Shown: in pieces, positions 28,609-37,913 of the stretch
Position numbering within the stretch: position 1 is the stretch's first letter
Layout: every line of letters begins with the position of its first letter
DNA from: a virus
DNA: 64,000 bases
Virus record (IMG/VR): IMGVR_UViG_3300028399_000005
Location: 19,943-83,942 of that record
Strand: one strand, 5' to 3'
Position numbers and translations under genes: made by a program
Notes under the pieces: generated by a model
What the model was told of the DNA's origin: nothing
Database searches by the model: none
Seen by the model: the letters and a program-made list of their open reading frames with translations, nothing else

Positions 28609-29016
28609 TTATAAGTCCAGTTTTCTACCGTATGCTTCGAGGAGCGCCGTAAGCTCCAAATCTATTAGGCCTCTCTCATTTGAGAGGAAGCCCAATAGAT
28701 TCAAGGTATGGCGGGCGTCTAAGAAGTCGTCCACCTTCGATCGGAAGGCGATCCGAAGGAAGGTATAGACGATGTGGTAGGCGAGGTCTCGGGCGGTCAT
28801 GCCCTTCGTCTCATAGACCGCTTGTGCGAGCTCGAAGGCTCTCACAATGGTCTCGTTCATCTCGGCTTCGAACTCTTCTGGATTCATGCGTTGCGATAGC
28901 GCAGACGCAATGAAGTCCTGGAAGAGCCCGTCTATTTCGTTCAAAGCGTGCTCGTCTATCGGGGCGTCGCCCGATAATGGACGGACACGCTTAGCGTCGA
29001 ACGTTTCGTCTGCCAT
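28609..29016 (-). CDS. hypothetical protein, cassette B
   Basis: MADETFDAK start after the conserved leader. Confidence 0.65.
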   Translation of the reverse strand: MADETFDAKRVRPLSGDAPIDEHALNEIDGLFQDFIASALSQRMNPEEFEAEMNETIVRAFELAQAVYETKGMTARDLAYHIVYTFLRIAFRSKVDDFLDARHTLNLLGFLSNERGLIDLELTALLEAYGRKLDL

Positions 29017-29071
29017 AGTCCATCTCTCCGTCGTCGGGTGGTGTTCCTTCCCCGCATGGGGGTGCACCACC
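29017..29071 (-). ncRNA. conserved structured 5' leader, copy B
   Basis: GGUGGUG-CA-CCCC-CAUGC-GGGG-AAGGAA-CACCACC-CGACGAC. Confidence 0.7.
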
Positions 29072-29394
29072 AATATAATATAGGAAGTGGTAATATATAA
29101 ACTTTGTGGGAAATTGGTAGATAATTGCACTCTAAAAGTGTTGCGAGGAGCAAGAAAACGAATCTCGCCTGTCCGCCCGCTGGGGGTGGCGGGTGTTTAC
29201 GTCAATCAAACGTCTATTCTTTTAGACAAGCGACTGATTGGGGTACTATTTACGCCAATTTGAAAAGTTGCTAATTAATAAAGGAATTAATTAACAAAAC
29301 TTGCAGGGAATTCTGCGTGCGGAAAAATATAATCATTAAAAAACGGCGATCGATCGAATCAAGGAAAGAAGAAGGCGAAGAAAGGCGGGGTTTG

Positions 29395-29796
29395 TCAAAG
29401 GTTGTTATAAACTATCTCGAGCGCTCTTCGGATTGTGAGTGTCTTCGGTGGGCGCTTGTAAGGGGCGTAGCCGACGTCCCATACGAGCGTCCCTCGAATG
29501 CTAACCCGTGCACTCCCCTCGAAGAGGAGCTCGTCGTCTGGACTGTACGCCTTGACAACGATGTCGTGCACGGTAACGCTGTATTCCGTGCCAGGCCATG
29601 GTCTGCCCTTGTAGCGCTCGACTTCTACAAGGGCGATCTCGAGCCGTACCGAGCCCTTGTTCGAGTCCACGAAAAGCGTGAGCTCGTCAAGGGCGTCGTA
29701 GTCGTCGCGTAATACGAGGGCTACCCCCTCGAAGCCGTTCCCAGCCACGAAGGAGTAGCCCTTCAACTTAGAGTTATAGGCTAACTTCATTCTCAT
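29395..29796 (-). CDS. hypothetical protein, cassette C
   Basis: MRMKLAYN start after the conserved leader, with GGTGA SD. Confidence 0.65.
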   Translation of the reverse strand: MRMKLAYNSKLKGYSFVAGNGFEGVALVLRDDYDALDELTLFVDSNKGSVRLEIALVEVERYKGRPWPGTEYSVTVHDIVVKAYSPDDELLFEGSARVSIRGTLVWDVGYAPYKRPPKTLTIRRALEIVYNNL

Positions 29797-29848
29797 AGTA
29801 TCACCGTCGCCGAGCGAGTCTCCTTCCCCCATAAGGGGGTAACCCGCT
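29797..29848 (-). ncRNA. conserved structured 5' leader, copy C
   Basis: AGCGGGU-UA-CCCCC-UUAU-GGGGG-AAGGAG-ACUCGCU-CGGCGAC. Confidence 0.7.
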
Positions 29849-29952
29849 AATATAATATACGCAACGGTAATATATAAGTTTTGTGGGAATTTGGTTAGAA
29901 GATGCGTAAAAAATATGAAAAAAATGTGCAAAAATATGAAGCATAAATCATG

Positions 29953-30309
29953 CTAAGAATGATGACGAACGCCTTGTTCGCGAAGGTCGTCGATGACCTC
30001 GGCAAGCATCTCTTGAGCCTCGTCGATGGTCGCAAGCATCCCTTCGAGGACGGCGAACTCGTCGAGCTCGGGGTTCCCAGAAAAGACGCGAACCCAAGGA
30101 ACGACGGGCATCATGACGAAATCGTCGTAGCGCAGAACTGCGATGACTTTCTCAGTCGTCTTGTCCTTGACCGTAGCGGTCTTCGCAGTGCGTTCGTACT
30201 CTATAATTACCCTGTCAAATTCCTCAACAGCATCGAGCGCTTGGTATATCCTATCTATAACGACATTGCTAATGTCGAACGACGATTCTATATAGATCTG
30301 TTTCATCAT
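29953..30309 (-). CDS. acidic hypothetical protein
   Basis: ORF after variant promoter ccacaaagtttttgta (30310-30347). Confidence 0.65.
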   Translation of the reverse strand: MMKQIYIESSFDISNVVIDRIYQALDAVEEFDRVIIEYERTAKTATVKDKTTEKVIAVLRYDDFVMMPVVPWVRVFSGNPELDEFAVLEGMLATIDEAQEMLAEVIDDLREQGVRHHS

Positions 30310-30412
30310 GACTAATAATACCAGCCCAGAATACAAAAACTTTGTGGAATTTAAAACCAGCTATAAGAGAACACCACAAAATCTAAATATTTCAACTTCG
30401 CATAGTATATTG

Positions 30413-30931
30413 ATGAAGACCAGATTACTATCCAAGGGCGGATGGCGTATCCACGTCGTCGCCATGAAAATACTTGAAGAATTCATGCCACGCACGATCC
30501 CTTGCCCCGCGTGCGGACAAGGGGAAGCAACGCTCGACCCAGACTTCTCGGGCGAACGCCCTACCGTAGCGTACGCCCACGAGGGCCACAAGACCACAAC
30601 TGACGTTTTCGACGACGGTCTCAAACAAAAATTCGAGACCGCCCGCGAGCTGTTCCGCGAGCTACGGCTCGCCTCGCTGGCGGACGTGTTCGAGCTCACC
30701 GAAAAACAAACCCGAGCACTCGAAAAACTCGTCAAAGAAGAGTTTCTCCGACATGTAGCCGACGGGGGCTTTCGAGGGTTCTCCGAGAGGAACGGCCCGA
30801 TCGACCGCCACTATCTCAGAGCGTTGCGCAAGAAAGGGCTCTTGCGCCACGAAAACGGTAAATACTTGACTAAGGACTGGGTCGCCACGTACGTGGTCGT
30901 CTTCGGAGTGGAATCCCCGATCGGGCTCTGA
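30413..30931 (+). CDS. Zn-ribbon plus wHTH-like hypothetical protein
   Basis: CPACG motif; YLRALRKKGLL; promoter variant ccacaaaatctaaata at 30374. Confidence 0.6.
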   Translation: MKTRLLSKGGWRIHVVAMKILEEFMPRTIPCPACGQGEATLDPDFSGERPTVAYAHEGHKTTTDVFDDGLKQKFETARELFRELRLASLADVFELTEKQTRALEKLVKEEFLRHVADGGFRGFSERNGPIDRHYLRALRKKGLLRHENGKYLTKDWVATYVVVFGVESPIGL

Positions 30932-30951
30932 CGCGTCGACAGGCGGTGTAC

Positions 30952-31750
30952 TATTTTTTTCATATTTTTCGCGTTATTTTTCATATTCTTTTCATTTTTT
31001 AATTCCTATCGAGAAGGTCTGAATCTATTAAATTCTAAAGAATCGATGATTATTTTTTATTTTTCAATGGGGGGTGCGATAGGCATAATTATGTTCCTCG
31101 AGAATCTACGAAGCGCCGAAACTCGGAAAAACAGCAACAAGAGATTTTTTTGACTTTTTCGCGTTATTTTTCACATTCTTTTCAATTTCTAAAATTGTTT
31201 CTTACGCTTTGAACCCTTTAAATTTTGGATTTCCCATGATTATTTTTTATTTTTCAGTACCCCCTGCGATAGGCATGCCCCATTGGTGCCCCCTATAATA
31301 ATATAATATAGGGTACAGGCAGTGGCGGTTTCGGGAATAGTTTGGAATCATATACTTTAGTATATGATATATAATTAAGAATAAGAATCTGGGTTGATTC
31401 TAACCTATCGTATATAGTATTGAAAATAATAAAAAAATAATAAGAAAATAGTAAAAAATGAAAAATTAGAAGCCCTTGTAGGCATTTAGAAAACTGAAAA
31501 TAATGTGAAAAATAACGCGAAATATTGAAAAAAATAAACTTGGAATATAGGGTATGATTTTTGCTTTTTTCTTAGTTTTTTAGGGTTTCAGGCTTTGGTA
31601 TTAGGAATCAAGAATCTATACGCGATCGCGGGGGGTACTGAAAAATAAAAAATAATCGTCGATTCTTTGGAGTCATGAGTTGAGCGTTGTGTTTATTGCG
31701 ATTCATGATTCTGAAAAAAATGCGCGAAAAAAGGTAAAAAATTTTAAAAA
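30952..31750. repeat. AT-rich symmetric region with two direct and two inverted ~130-bp repeats; putative replication origin
   Basis: tttttcgcgttatttttca...gattattttttatttttca...gcgat at ~30955-31086 and ~31147-31276; inverted copies at ~31408-31535 and ~31625-31745; central palindromes. Confidence 0.7.
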
Positions 31751-31940
31751 ATCGTTTGTGCGGTCGAGGGGCTGTCTTCTCAAAACTCGGGGCTGTAGTC
31801 GCGAAAAACAAGAGATTGGCGGGGCGAGTTTTCGGCGACCCGCGATTGATTGTGGGAAACACGAACATCTACGGACGCTCCGAAACCTCGTTCTAACAAC
31901 TCGTAACCGTTTTTTAAGCGGTTTTCGAGAGTAGCACAGA

Positions 31941-32489
31941 ATGATGCTCGATAATGCAAGACTCGATGAAATGATTAGAAGAGCCCGTGAACGGCGGGAA
32001 AAGCGAGAAAAAGCGATACTGCAAGAAATAACGCGCAACGCGAGGACGCCACGGTTCTTCCCCGTTGCCGAGCGCCACATTGGCGAGGGCCTCAAGCGGG
32101 AGTTCTTGAACTCCGCAGAAGCTCGGAAGATGCCTCGCACGCTTATCGACCTCGTGGAAAACGTTGCCCCCTCGGCGAAGCCGATTTTTTCAAAGTACAC
32201 GCTCAGCATTCGCCCGCTCCCGAAGTGGATCGGGGAGCGCAACTGGCAGGCGCTGACGAAGTACTACAAGCAGTGGTGGTTCGAGTGGCGGGACAGAATC
32301 TGGCTCTTCCATGCGGGGAGCAGTGCGTTGCAGTTGCGGGACGTCTATCGTCTCGAGGTCGTGGCGGAGCACGAGAGGCTCCCGATCGGCGGGATTTTGT
32401 TGCTCGAGCTCTATCGCATGGGGCGCCCCGCCCGCAAGTACTGCAACAAGAAAGGAATCCCGTACTATGATTATTTGACACTTCCGTGA
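31941..32489 (+). CDS. hypothetical basic protein
   Basis: ORF after cgttctaaca operator (31889) and ttttttaag box. Confidence 0.65.
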   Translation: MMLDNARLDEMIRRARERREKREKAILQEITRNARTPRFFPVAERHIGEGLKREFLNSAEARKMPRTLIDLVENVAPSAKPIFSKYTLSIRPLPKWIGERNWQALTKYYKQWWFEWRDRIWLFHAGSSALQLRDVYRLEVVAEHERLPIGGILLLELYRMGRPARKYCNKKGIPYYDYLTLP

Positions 32490-32581
32490 AAACGGGAAAA
32501 TAATATGTTTTTTTTAGTCGCTCGTTAGAACGATAATAAACGCTATTATAATTTCTGTTTAAAAACGCATTTTGGTGAGAA

Positions 32582-33734
32582 ATGGGAATCCGATTCATTC
32601 CAAAAAAAGAATGTGATGTGGGTTTAGCTCGAAATGGAGTATTGGACTTCGGTAAAAAGAAACTTCCTACTCCCTTTCTTTGGTTTGGCTTATCAAATCG
32701 AGAATCTGTAGTTTTTCAAAAAACAGTATTTGAAAGTGCGATGATCGAAGGAATCATGGCAAATGCATACGACCTTATGTTTCAAGATAGGACTGGCTCT
32801 CGAACTGAAATGGTCAAAGAATTGTCTCGCTCAGGGCTCGTAGTAAAATGTGATAGCGGGGGTTACCAAATACTTAAGAGAGGGAAAAAAATCGATCGAT
32901 CCAAAGTTCTGAGGTTTCAAGAAGATTTGAATTGCGATTTGATGGTTCAACTCGATTATCCCATATTAGGTTCTGATCCTCGAGAACTTAAGAAAAAACA
33001 TATTGATAAAACCCTCAATAATCTGGAATATGCTTTGAAAACAGCTAATCGTCCAGAAAGAATTGTTCCAACTATTCATGGACACGATTCCGAGTTATTG
33101 CGTTATCAAGCAAAAAAAAATTACAGATCTCCTTGGCGAAACCCCGCCTATTATTAGTGTTGGTTCTTTGGTTCCTCTACTTTTTAATTCAAAAGGAGCA
33201 AAAGGGGTTGGAGGTAAAGCAAAAGCTTTGGAAGTTATAAGGATTGTTCGAAAACTTTTTCCAAAAACAATGATTCATGCTCTCGGTATTGGGGGCGCTC
33301 TTACATATCTCGCTATATATTTTGGCGCAGATAGTTTCGATAACAACGGTTGGATACAAAAAACTGGTTTCGGCGTAATTCAAGTTCCTGGATCATCGGA
33401 TCGGTTTCTTGGAACCCCGCCGAATGGCAGAAAGAAAATTGATACTGACGAAATAGCCTATCATAGATGGCTTGAATGTGTGTGCCCAGCTTGTAGGAGT
33501 TCTTCTAATAGAAGTGTATTCATTGGACGAGATGAGAGCGCAAGGCTAAATCGAGGAATACATAACGCCTATACATTTCAAGCGGAAATTTGGAGAGTAA
33601 GGAGATATATCCATGAAGGCCAATATATCAACTTTATAAAAGAGAGAATGAAAAATTCTATATATTTGCGGATTTTACAAGAGGAATTAAATCGTAACGA
33701 TCATGAAAAAATATTTAACGATGTGTGGTTTTAG
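32582..33734 (+). pseudogene. tRNA-guanine transglycosylase (TGT/DpdA-like) gene interrupted by a +1 frameshift in an A9 tract
   Basis: LPTP, DSGGYQ and QLDYP in the first ORF; HALG, GADSFD and CVCPAC..H in the second; A9 at 33112-33120; visibly AT-richer than its neighbours. Confidence 0.8.
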
Positions 33735-33835
33735 ACCGAGAAACTGTTCAGTTTATTTAGATACTATGATCCAAATATGAAGAATTTTTAGCGTTTTTTT
33801 AGTAGATCGTTAGAACGAGACCTTACGTTTTTATT

Positions 33836-34744
33836 GTGTCGCCACGAATAGCCGAAAGAATGTTTTCGAAACAAGCAGTAGTCCTCGACGTTCACGACGA
33901 GATCCGCGAGAAGCTCAAGCGGATCTATCAAGAGTTTTATCCGCCAGTGCTCCTTGACGGACAGCCAGGCGCTGGGAAGACGTTCCTCGCCAAGCGAGTG
34001 GCGCAAGAACTCGGGTACGACCTTATCGAGGTGAACGCCTCGATGAACACGACGCAAGCGCAGATCGACCGCCTCAAGGACATCGCCTCGATCCAACGCG
34101 ACGAGCCGACAGTGCTCTTGCTCGACGAGATCGAGTCCACGTTCACGAGCGAGGAGATCGCCGATCTCGTGGACTTCGTTGCGATGAATGGGCGAGCGAA
34201 CAAGATCATGCTCGTGGCGACGGCGAACAACGCCTGGCGATTGTCGAACGCTATCCGCGAGAAGTTCTCCGTCATCAAGCTCCGACAGCCCACGTTGCGC
34301 GAGGTTCGCTCGGCGCTCAAGAAAGCGCGGGTCAGCCTCGACGGGCAGTTCATCACCCGCGATTTGCGCCAGCTCGTCCGATCCATAGAGCTTCAGAAAA
34401 GGGGCATATTGCCCCGAGAATCGACGGACGCGACGTTCGCCGTATCTTTTTCCACGGTTTCGGATTTCGTCGCAGGATCGATCGAAAAACGGCAAAATAT
34501 CATGGACGACGGGAAGCTTTATCGTCTGCGCCCCGCGATCGAGAAGTGGCTTGTTTACAACGCCCTCGCCGAGACTATCATGAAGAAGCACACGATCGAG
34601 TGGCACGAGACGCTCGAGCTGTTGTCGCTCTACGACGCCCTCGGGCGCAACAAGAACGTGCTCTTGACGCTCCCTCGCTTCTCGATCGGGTTCGGCGAGC
34701 TAAAGCACCCGACGCAACTTTTTAGGCAAGGCAAGAATCAATAG
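33836..34744 (+). CDS. RFC-like clamp-loader AAA+ ATPase
   Basis: GQPGAGKT, ELGYDLIEVNAS, LLLDEIE, ATANN. Confidence 0.82.
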   Translation: MSPRIAERMFSKQAVVLDVHDEIREKLKRIYQEFYPPVLLDGQPGAGKTFLAKRVAQELGYDLIEVNASMNTTQAQIDRLKDIASIQRDEPTVLLLDEIESTFTSEEIADLVDFVAMNGRANKIMLVATANNAWRLSNAIREKFSVIKLRQPTLREVRSALKKARVSLDGQFITRDLRQLVRSIELQKRGILPRESTDATFAVSFSTVSDFVAGSIEKRQNIMDDGKLYRLRPAIEKWLVYNALAETIMKKHTIEWHETLELLSLYDALGRNKNVLLTLPRFSIGFGELKHPTQLFRQGKNQ

Positions 34745-34885
34745 ACAATGGGGTCGTAATTTCGTGATAGCGTTCGATTTCCGCCCGATTCTTCGACGAA
34801 AAATATTTTTCCGACCAATTCTTCGTTCGGCGAAGAACTCACAAAGAATCGCAAAAAATCGCACAAAAACAAGGAGTGAATAAAA

Positions 34886-36343
34886 ATGACGAAAAATAAG
34901 AGCAAACGAAAAAAAGTAGTCAAAAACACGGAGACGCAAAACACTCGCACGTATTCGGACGTGCGCCGAATCAACGACGAGGAGATGCGGAAGATCCTCG
35001 AGGGCGTCGGGATGACGCCCCGCCACGAGGACGAGTGGTTGCGCGTGGCACGGCGCCACGAGATATTGAACGAGGGCGTAGAGCTTTTCATGAGTACTTC
35101 GGACATGAGTCCGAAGATCGCCGTTACGGCGACGCTCATGAGCCTCGCCTCGATGACCCGTCGAGAGCAACGCGTCGTCGTCATGCAAGGGTCGCCACAT
35201 CTCAACCTCTGGGCGACCGTGATCGGGATCTCGGGATGGGCTCGGAAGACGACCGCCGAGAAGATCTTGACGAAGCTCGTGAAAGAAGCGGAAGGGGAGT
35301 TTCTCCCCGCAAATTTCACGCCAGAAGCCATCATCTCGCACCTCTCGAAGAAGGCGCAAGGGCTTATCGTGAAAGACGAGATCTCGGGGCTCATAAAGGC
35401 GTTCCGCAAAGACCACAACGCGGATCTTCCCGAGGTGCTGAGCGAGATCTACGAGTGCAAGGATCGCGTCGAGCGCCACACGATCAGCCGAGGGCTCGAA
35501 GTCGTCGAGAACGCCTACGTGAACTGGTGGGGCGGGACAGCCGTGCACTACATCCGCCTGTTGCGGGACGATGACTGGAACCAAGGGTTCATGCATCGTT
35601 GGATCTATTGCCTCGACATCGACCTCATGCAGAAGAAAGTGCGCCCGCTGGTTTTCACGTCCGCCGAGCTCGACACCCGCATTCAAGACTTTGCGCAGAC
35701 CTTGAAGAAGGTGCGGGAAGTCCCCGTCGAGACGCTTATCCCCGCCGAGAAGACGAAGAAGTTCAAGACGCTCGAGCAAGAAAGCTTCGAAAAAGCGAAG
35801 CAGTACTATTCTCGGGACATTTTCGACATTGCGCACCCGTACTTTGCCAGGGTGCCGATCACGACGCTCAAGATAGCGGGGATCTTGCAAGTAGCAGACC
35901 TCGCTGGGAAGGGGAGCACGCTCGAACAGTTCGTCATCACGCCCGAGATCATGGACTTGGCGAGCGACCTCATGCGCTTGTACTTGCAAGAATTCGAAGC
36001 CCTCGTGGCGATCTTCAAGCGGACGGCGATCAGCGCACCGCCGACGACGGATCGGCGCAACCTCGGGTACTTCATCGAGACGCTCCGAAGCCTTGGGGGC
36101 GTTGCGAGGCAACAAGAGCTCCTCACGGCGCTCGGTTTTTCCTATGCGAAGTACCAGAAGCTCCTCGACACGCTCGTCGAGCGGGGGGACGTGGACGTCG
36201 GAAGGGTCGCAATTTCGGATCAGAAAGGAGCACCGCCCCGCCTCATCTGGCTCCGTTCCTATGCCTCGAACCTCGGCGACGCCGAGCAACTGTGGGTCGA
36301 GACGAAGGAGCTCCGAGACAAGGCATTGCGGGTCAAGAGTTGA
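34886..36343 (+). CDS. DUF3987-like P-loop protein (putative replicative helicase) with C-terminal wHTH
   Basis: HLNLWATVIGISGWARKTT, TPEA, KDEISG, QGFMHRW. Confidence 0.65.
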   Translation: MTKNKSKRKKVVKNTETQNTRTYSDVRRINDEEMRKILEGVGMTPRHEDEWLRVARRHEILNEGVELFMSTSDMSPKIAVTATLMSLASMTRREQRVVVMQGSPHLNLWATVIGISGWARKTTAEKILTKLVKEAEGEFLPANFTPEAIISHLSKKAQGLIVKDEISGLIKAFRKDHNADLPEVLSEIYECKDRVERHTISRGLEVVENAYVNWWGGTAVHYIRLLRDDDWNQGFMHRWIYCLDIDLMQKKVRPLVFTSAELDTRIQDFAQTLKKVREVPVETLIPAEKTKKFKTLEQESFEKAKQYYSRDIFDIAHPYFARVPITTLKIAGILQVADLAGKGSTLEQFVITPEIMDLASDLMRLYLQEFEALVAIFKRTAISAPPTTDRRNLGYFIETLRSLGGVARQQELLTALGFSYAKYQKLLDTLVERGDVDVGRVAISDQKGAPPRLIWLRSYASNLGDAEQLWVETKELRDKALRVKS

Positions 36344-36396
36344 TTCGTTACAACGCCCCGCTTTCTTTTTATATTATTGCTAATCGTTTTTCAATC

Positions 36397-37323
36397 ATGG
36401 AACACTTGGTTTTTCATGCGGAAGAAAAAGACGGAAACGTCCGTTACCGATCAACGAAACGAAACGACGTCGGGTCTCTCCGCACCACGGAAATGCGGAA
36501 CACAGTCCTCGTTGGCTCGTTCACCCAGACGGCGATTCCGATCGAGTGTCTTGAGCTAACGCCTCTTATTTCGGAACGATTGCATTATCACTTGGAATTG
36601 TGTAATTGCGAAGAGATGGCGCCAGAATATGGGCCACCTTATATTCTCGAACGAAACTACAGCGAGGGCTACGTCAAAGCAATGTGGCGGGACGATTTTT
36701 GCGTAAACTGCAAAGCGGTCTTTCATTCGTTGGAAGACATCAAAGACCCGCTCTATGGTAATCCTTCGTTGCTCTTCGTGATCATCTACTACGATCCCGA
36801 TTCGAAGAAGACCGAGCTCGTCATCACGCGCCAATATTTCCGTTATTTGGCGTTCGACATCATGCGAAGAAAGAACCTTGCGAGAGACCAGCTAAAAGTC
36901 GTCATGGCGACGAGATGGTTCTACGTCAAGAAACCGATCCTCGAACTTGAATTTCTCTTCGACGGCAACATTGAGAAAGACTTGTTCGACTACGGCGGAG
37001 ACGATATGTTCGATGACCTCACAAAGAAGAAGTTCGAGGAAAGCACGTTTTCCTACGTGCGCTACGTCGGAAAGCGACCGATGGGGCAAACCGAGACGTT
37101 GGAACTGTCATTCCAAGAGTTATTAGACGAAATAAAAAAGTGCGACCTTGGAACGATGTTTTATCACAGGGAGTTTTTCTTGCATTACGGCGGGCAAAAA
37201 ATCCCCGCAAGGAAAACATTTGCATACGTCCCCGTTTCTGCGTACTTGAACGCAAAAGAGCTCGAAGCGGGCTATCGCTTTACGAAAAGACCGCGTAGAG
37301 CAGTTTTGTCTGTCGTCCCTTGA
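36397..37323 (+). CDS. hypothetical protein
   Basis: Start MEHLVF after cgttacaacg operator (36346) and tttttata box. Confidence 0.7.
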   Translation: MEHLVFHAEEKDGNVRYRSTKRNDVGSLRTTEMRNTVLVGSFTQTAIPIECLELTPLISERLHYHLELCNCEEMAPEYGPPYILERNYSEGYVKAMWRDDFCVNCKAVFHSLEDIKDPLYGNPSLLFVIIYYDPDSKKTELVITRQYFRYLAFDIMRRKNLARDQLKVVMATRWFYVKKPILELEFLFDGNIEKDLFDYGGDDMFDDLTKKKFEESTFSYVRYVGKRPMGQTETLELSFQELLDEIKKCDLGTMFYHREFFLHYGGQKIPARKTFAYVPVSAYLNAKELEAGYRFTKRPRRAVLSVVP

Positions 37324-37383
37324 CTCCCTTGATGGTTAAAGTGAGTAAAAAGTCGGTTTAGTAAAAGCAAATAATTAAAAAAG

Positions 37384-37508
37384 TGGCGGTGCTCGCGAGC
37401 CTCGCACTCGCTCTCCTTTTCGGGCAGAGCCACCTTCTGCCCTATCCGCTTCCCCCGCGTGGTGGCTTGGGCGGGTTTCACGGAAAGGAGCGGGCTATTC
37501 CCAGCACC
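37384..37508 (-). ncRNA. 125-nt tRNA-like RNA with CCA end and kissing-loop domain
   Basis: 5' GGUGCU pairs with 3' AGCACC-G-CCA; T-arm-like GCGAG-UGCGAGG-CUCGC; BRE/TATA cgaaaaacatataa ~24 nt upstream; CTTTTTT downstream. Confidence 0.75.
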
Positions 37509-37647
37509 ATGTTTATGTATTATCCCCCTCTATTATATGTTTTTCGGTATTTAAAAATTTTATGCTCCATTTGTCTCATTATAACGCTGAGCAATCATTT
37601 AATATGGCGGTACCGAGGCAAGAGACAAACGATTCGAGGTTCTGTGA

Positions 37648-37812
37648 ATGAAAACAACAGTCATAAAAGAAATCCCAGACCCTTGCCCGATTACGGGAAT
37701 AAACTGCTTTACGAAGAGAATTGCAAGCTCAGCGGACATATACATCGACAGGGGCTGTCCAGTTCTGGCTGACGACAAAAACTGTGATTACGTCATCCGA
37801 GAAGACAAATAG
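37648..37812 (+). CDS. small 4-Cys protein (54 aa), not in ORF track
   Basis: MKTTVIKEIPDPCPITGINC...GCPVLADDKNCDYVIREDK; GAGGT SD. Confidence 0.5.
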   Translation: MKTTVIKEIPDPCPITGINCFTKRIASSADIYIDRGCPVLADDKNCDYVIREDK

Positions 37813-37913
37813 TTCCCCATAGTGTTTTCCTTTTTGTTATAACAAAAACCGTTTCTCGTTATAACGGGAAATAATCATTTAATAACTCGTATTCAACATT
37901 TGGATTGATCCAC

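Noticed and set aside
27880-31900. Canonical CRISPR array near the csf genes
   Set aside because: No identical repeats with regular 30-40 nt spacers; the repeats here are hundreds of bp apart and degenerate
35599-36396. N-terminal extension of ORF 35599-37323
   Set aside because: Overlaps the helicase gene out of frame; operator and TATA box support a start at 36397
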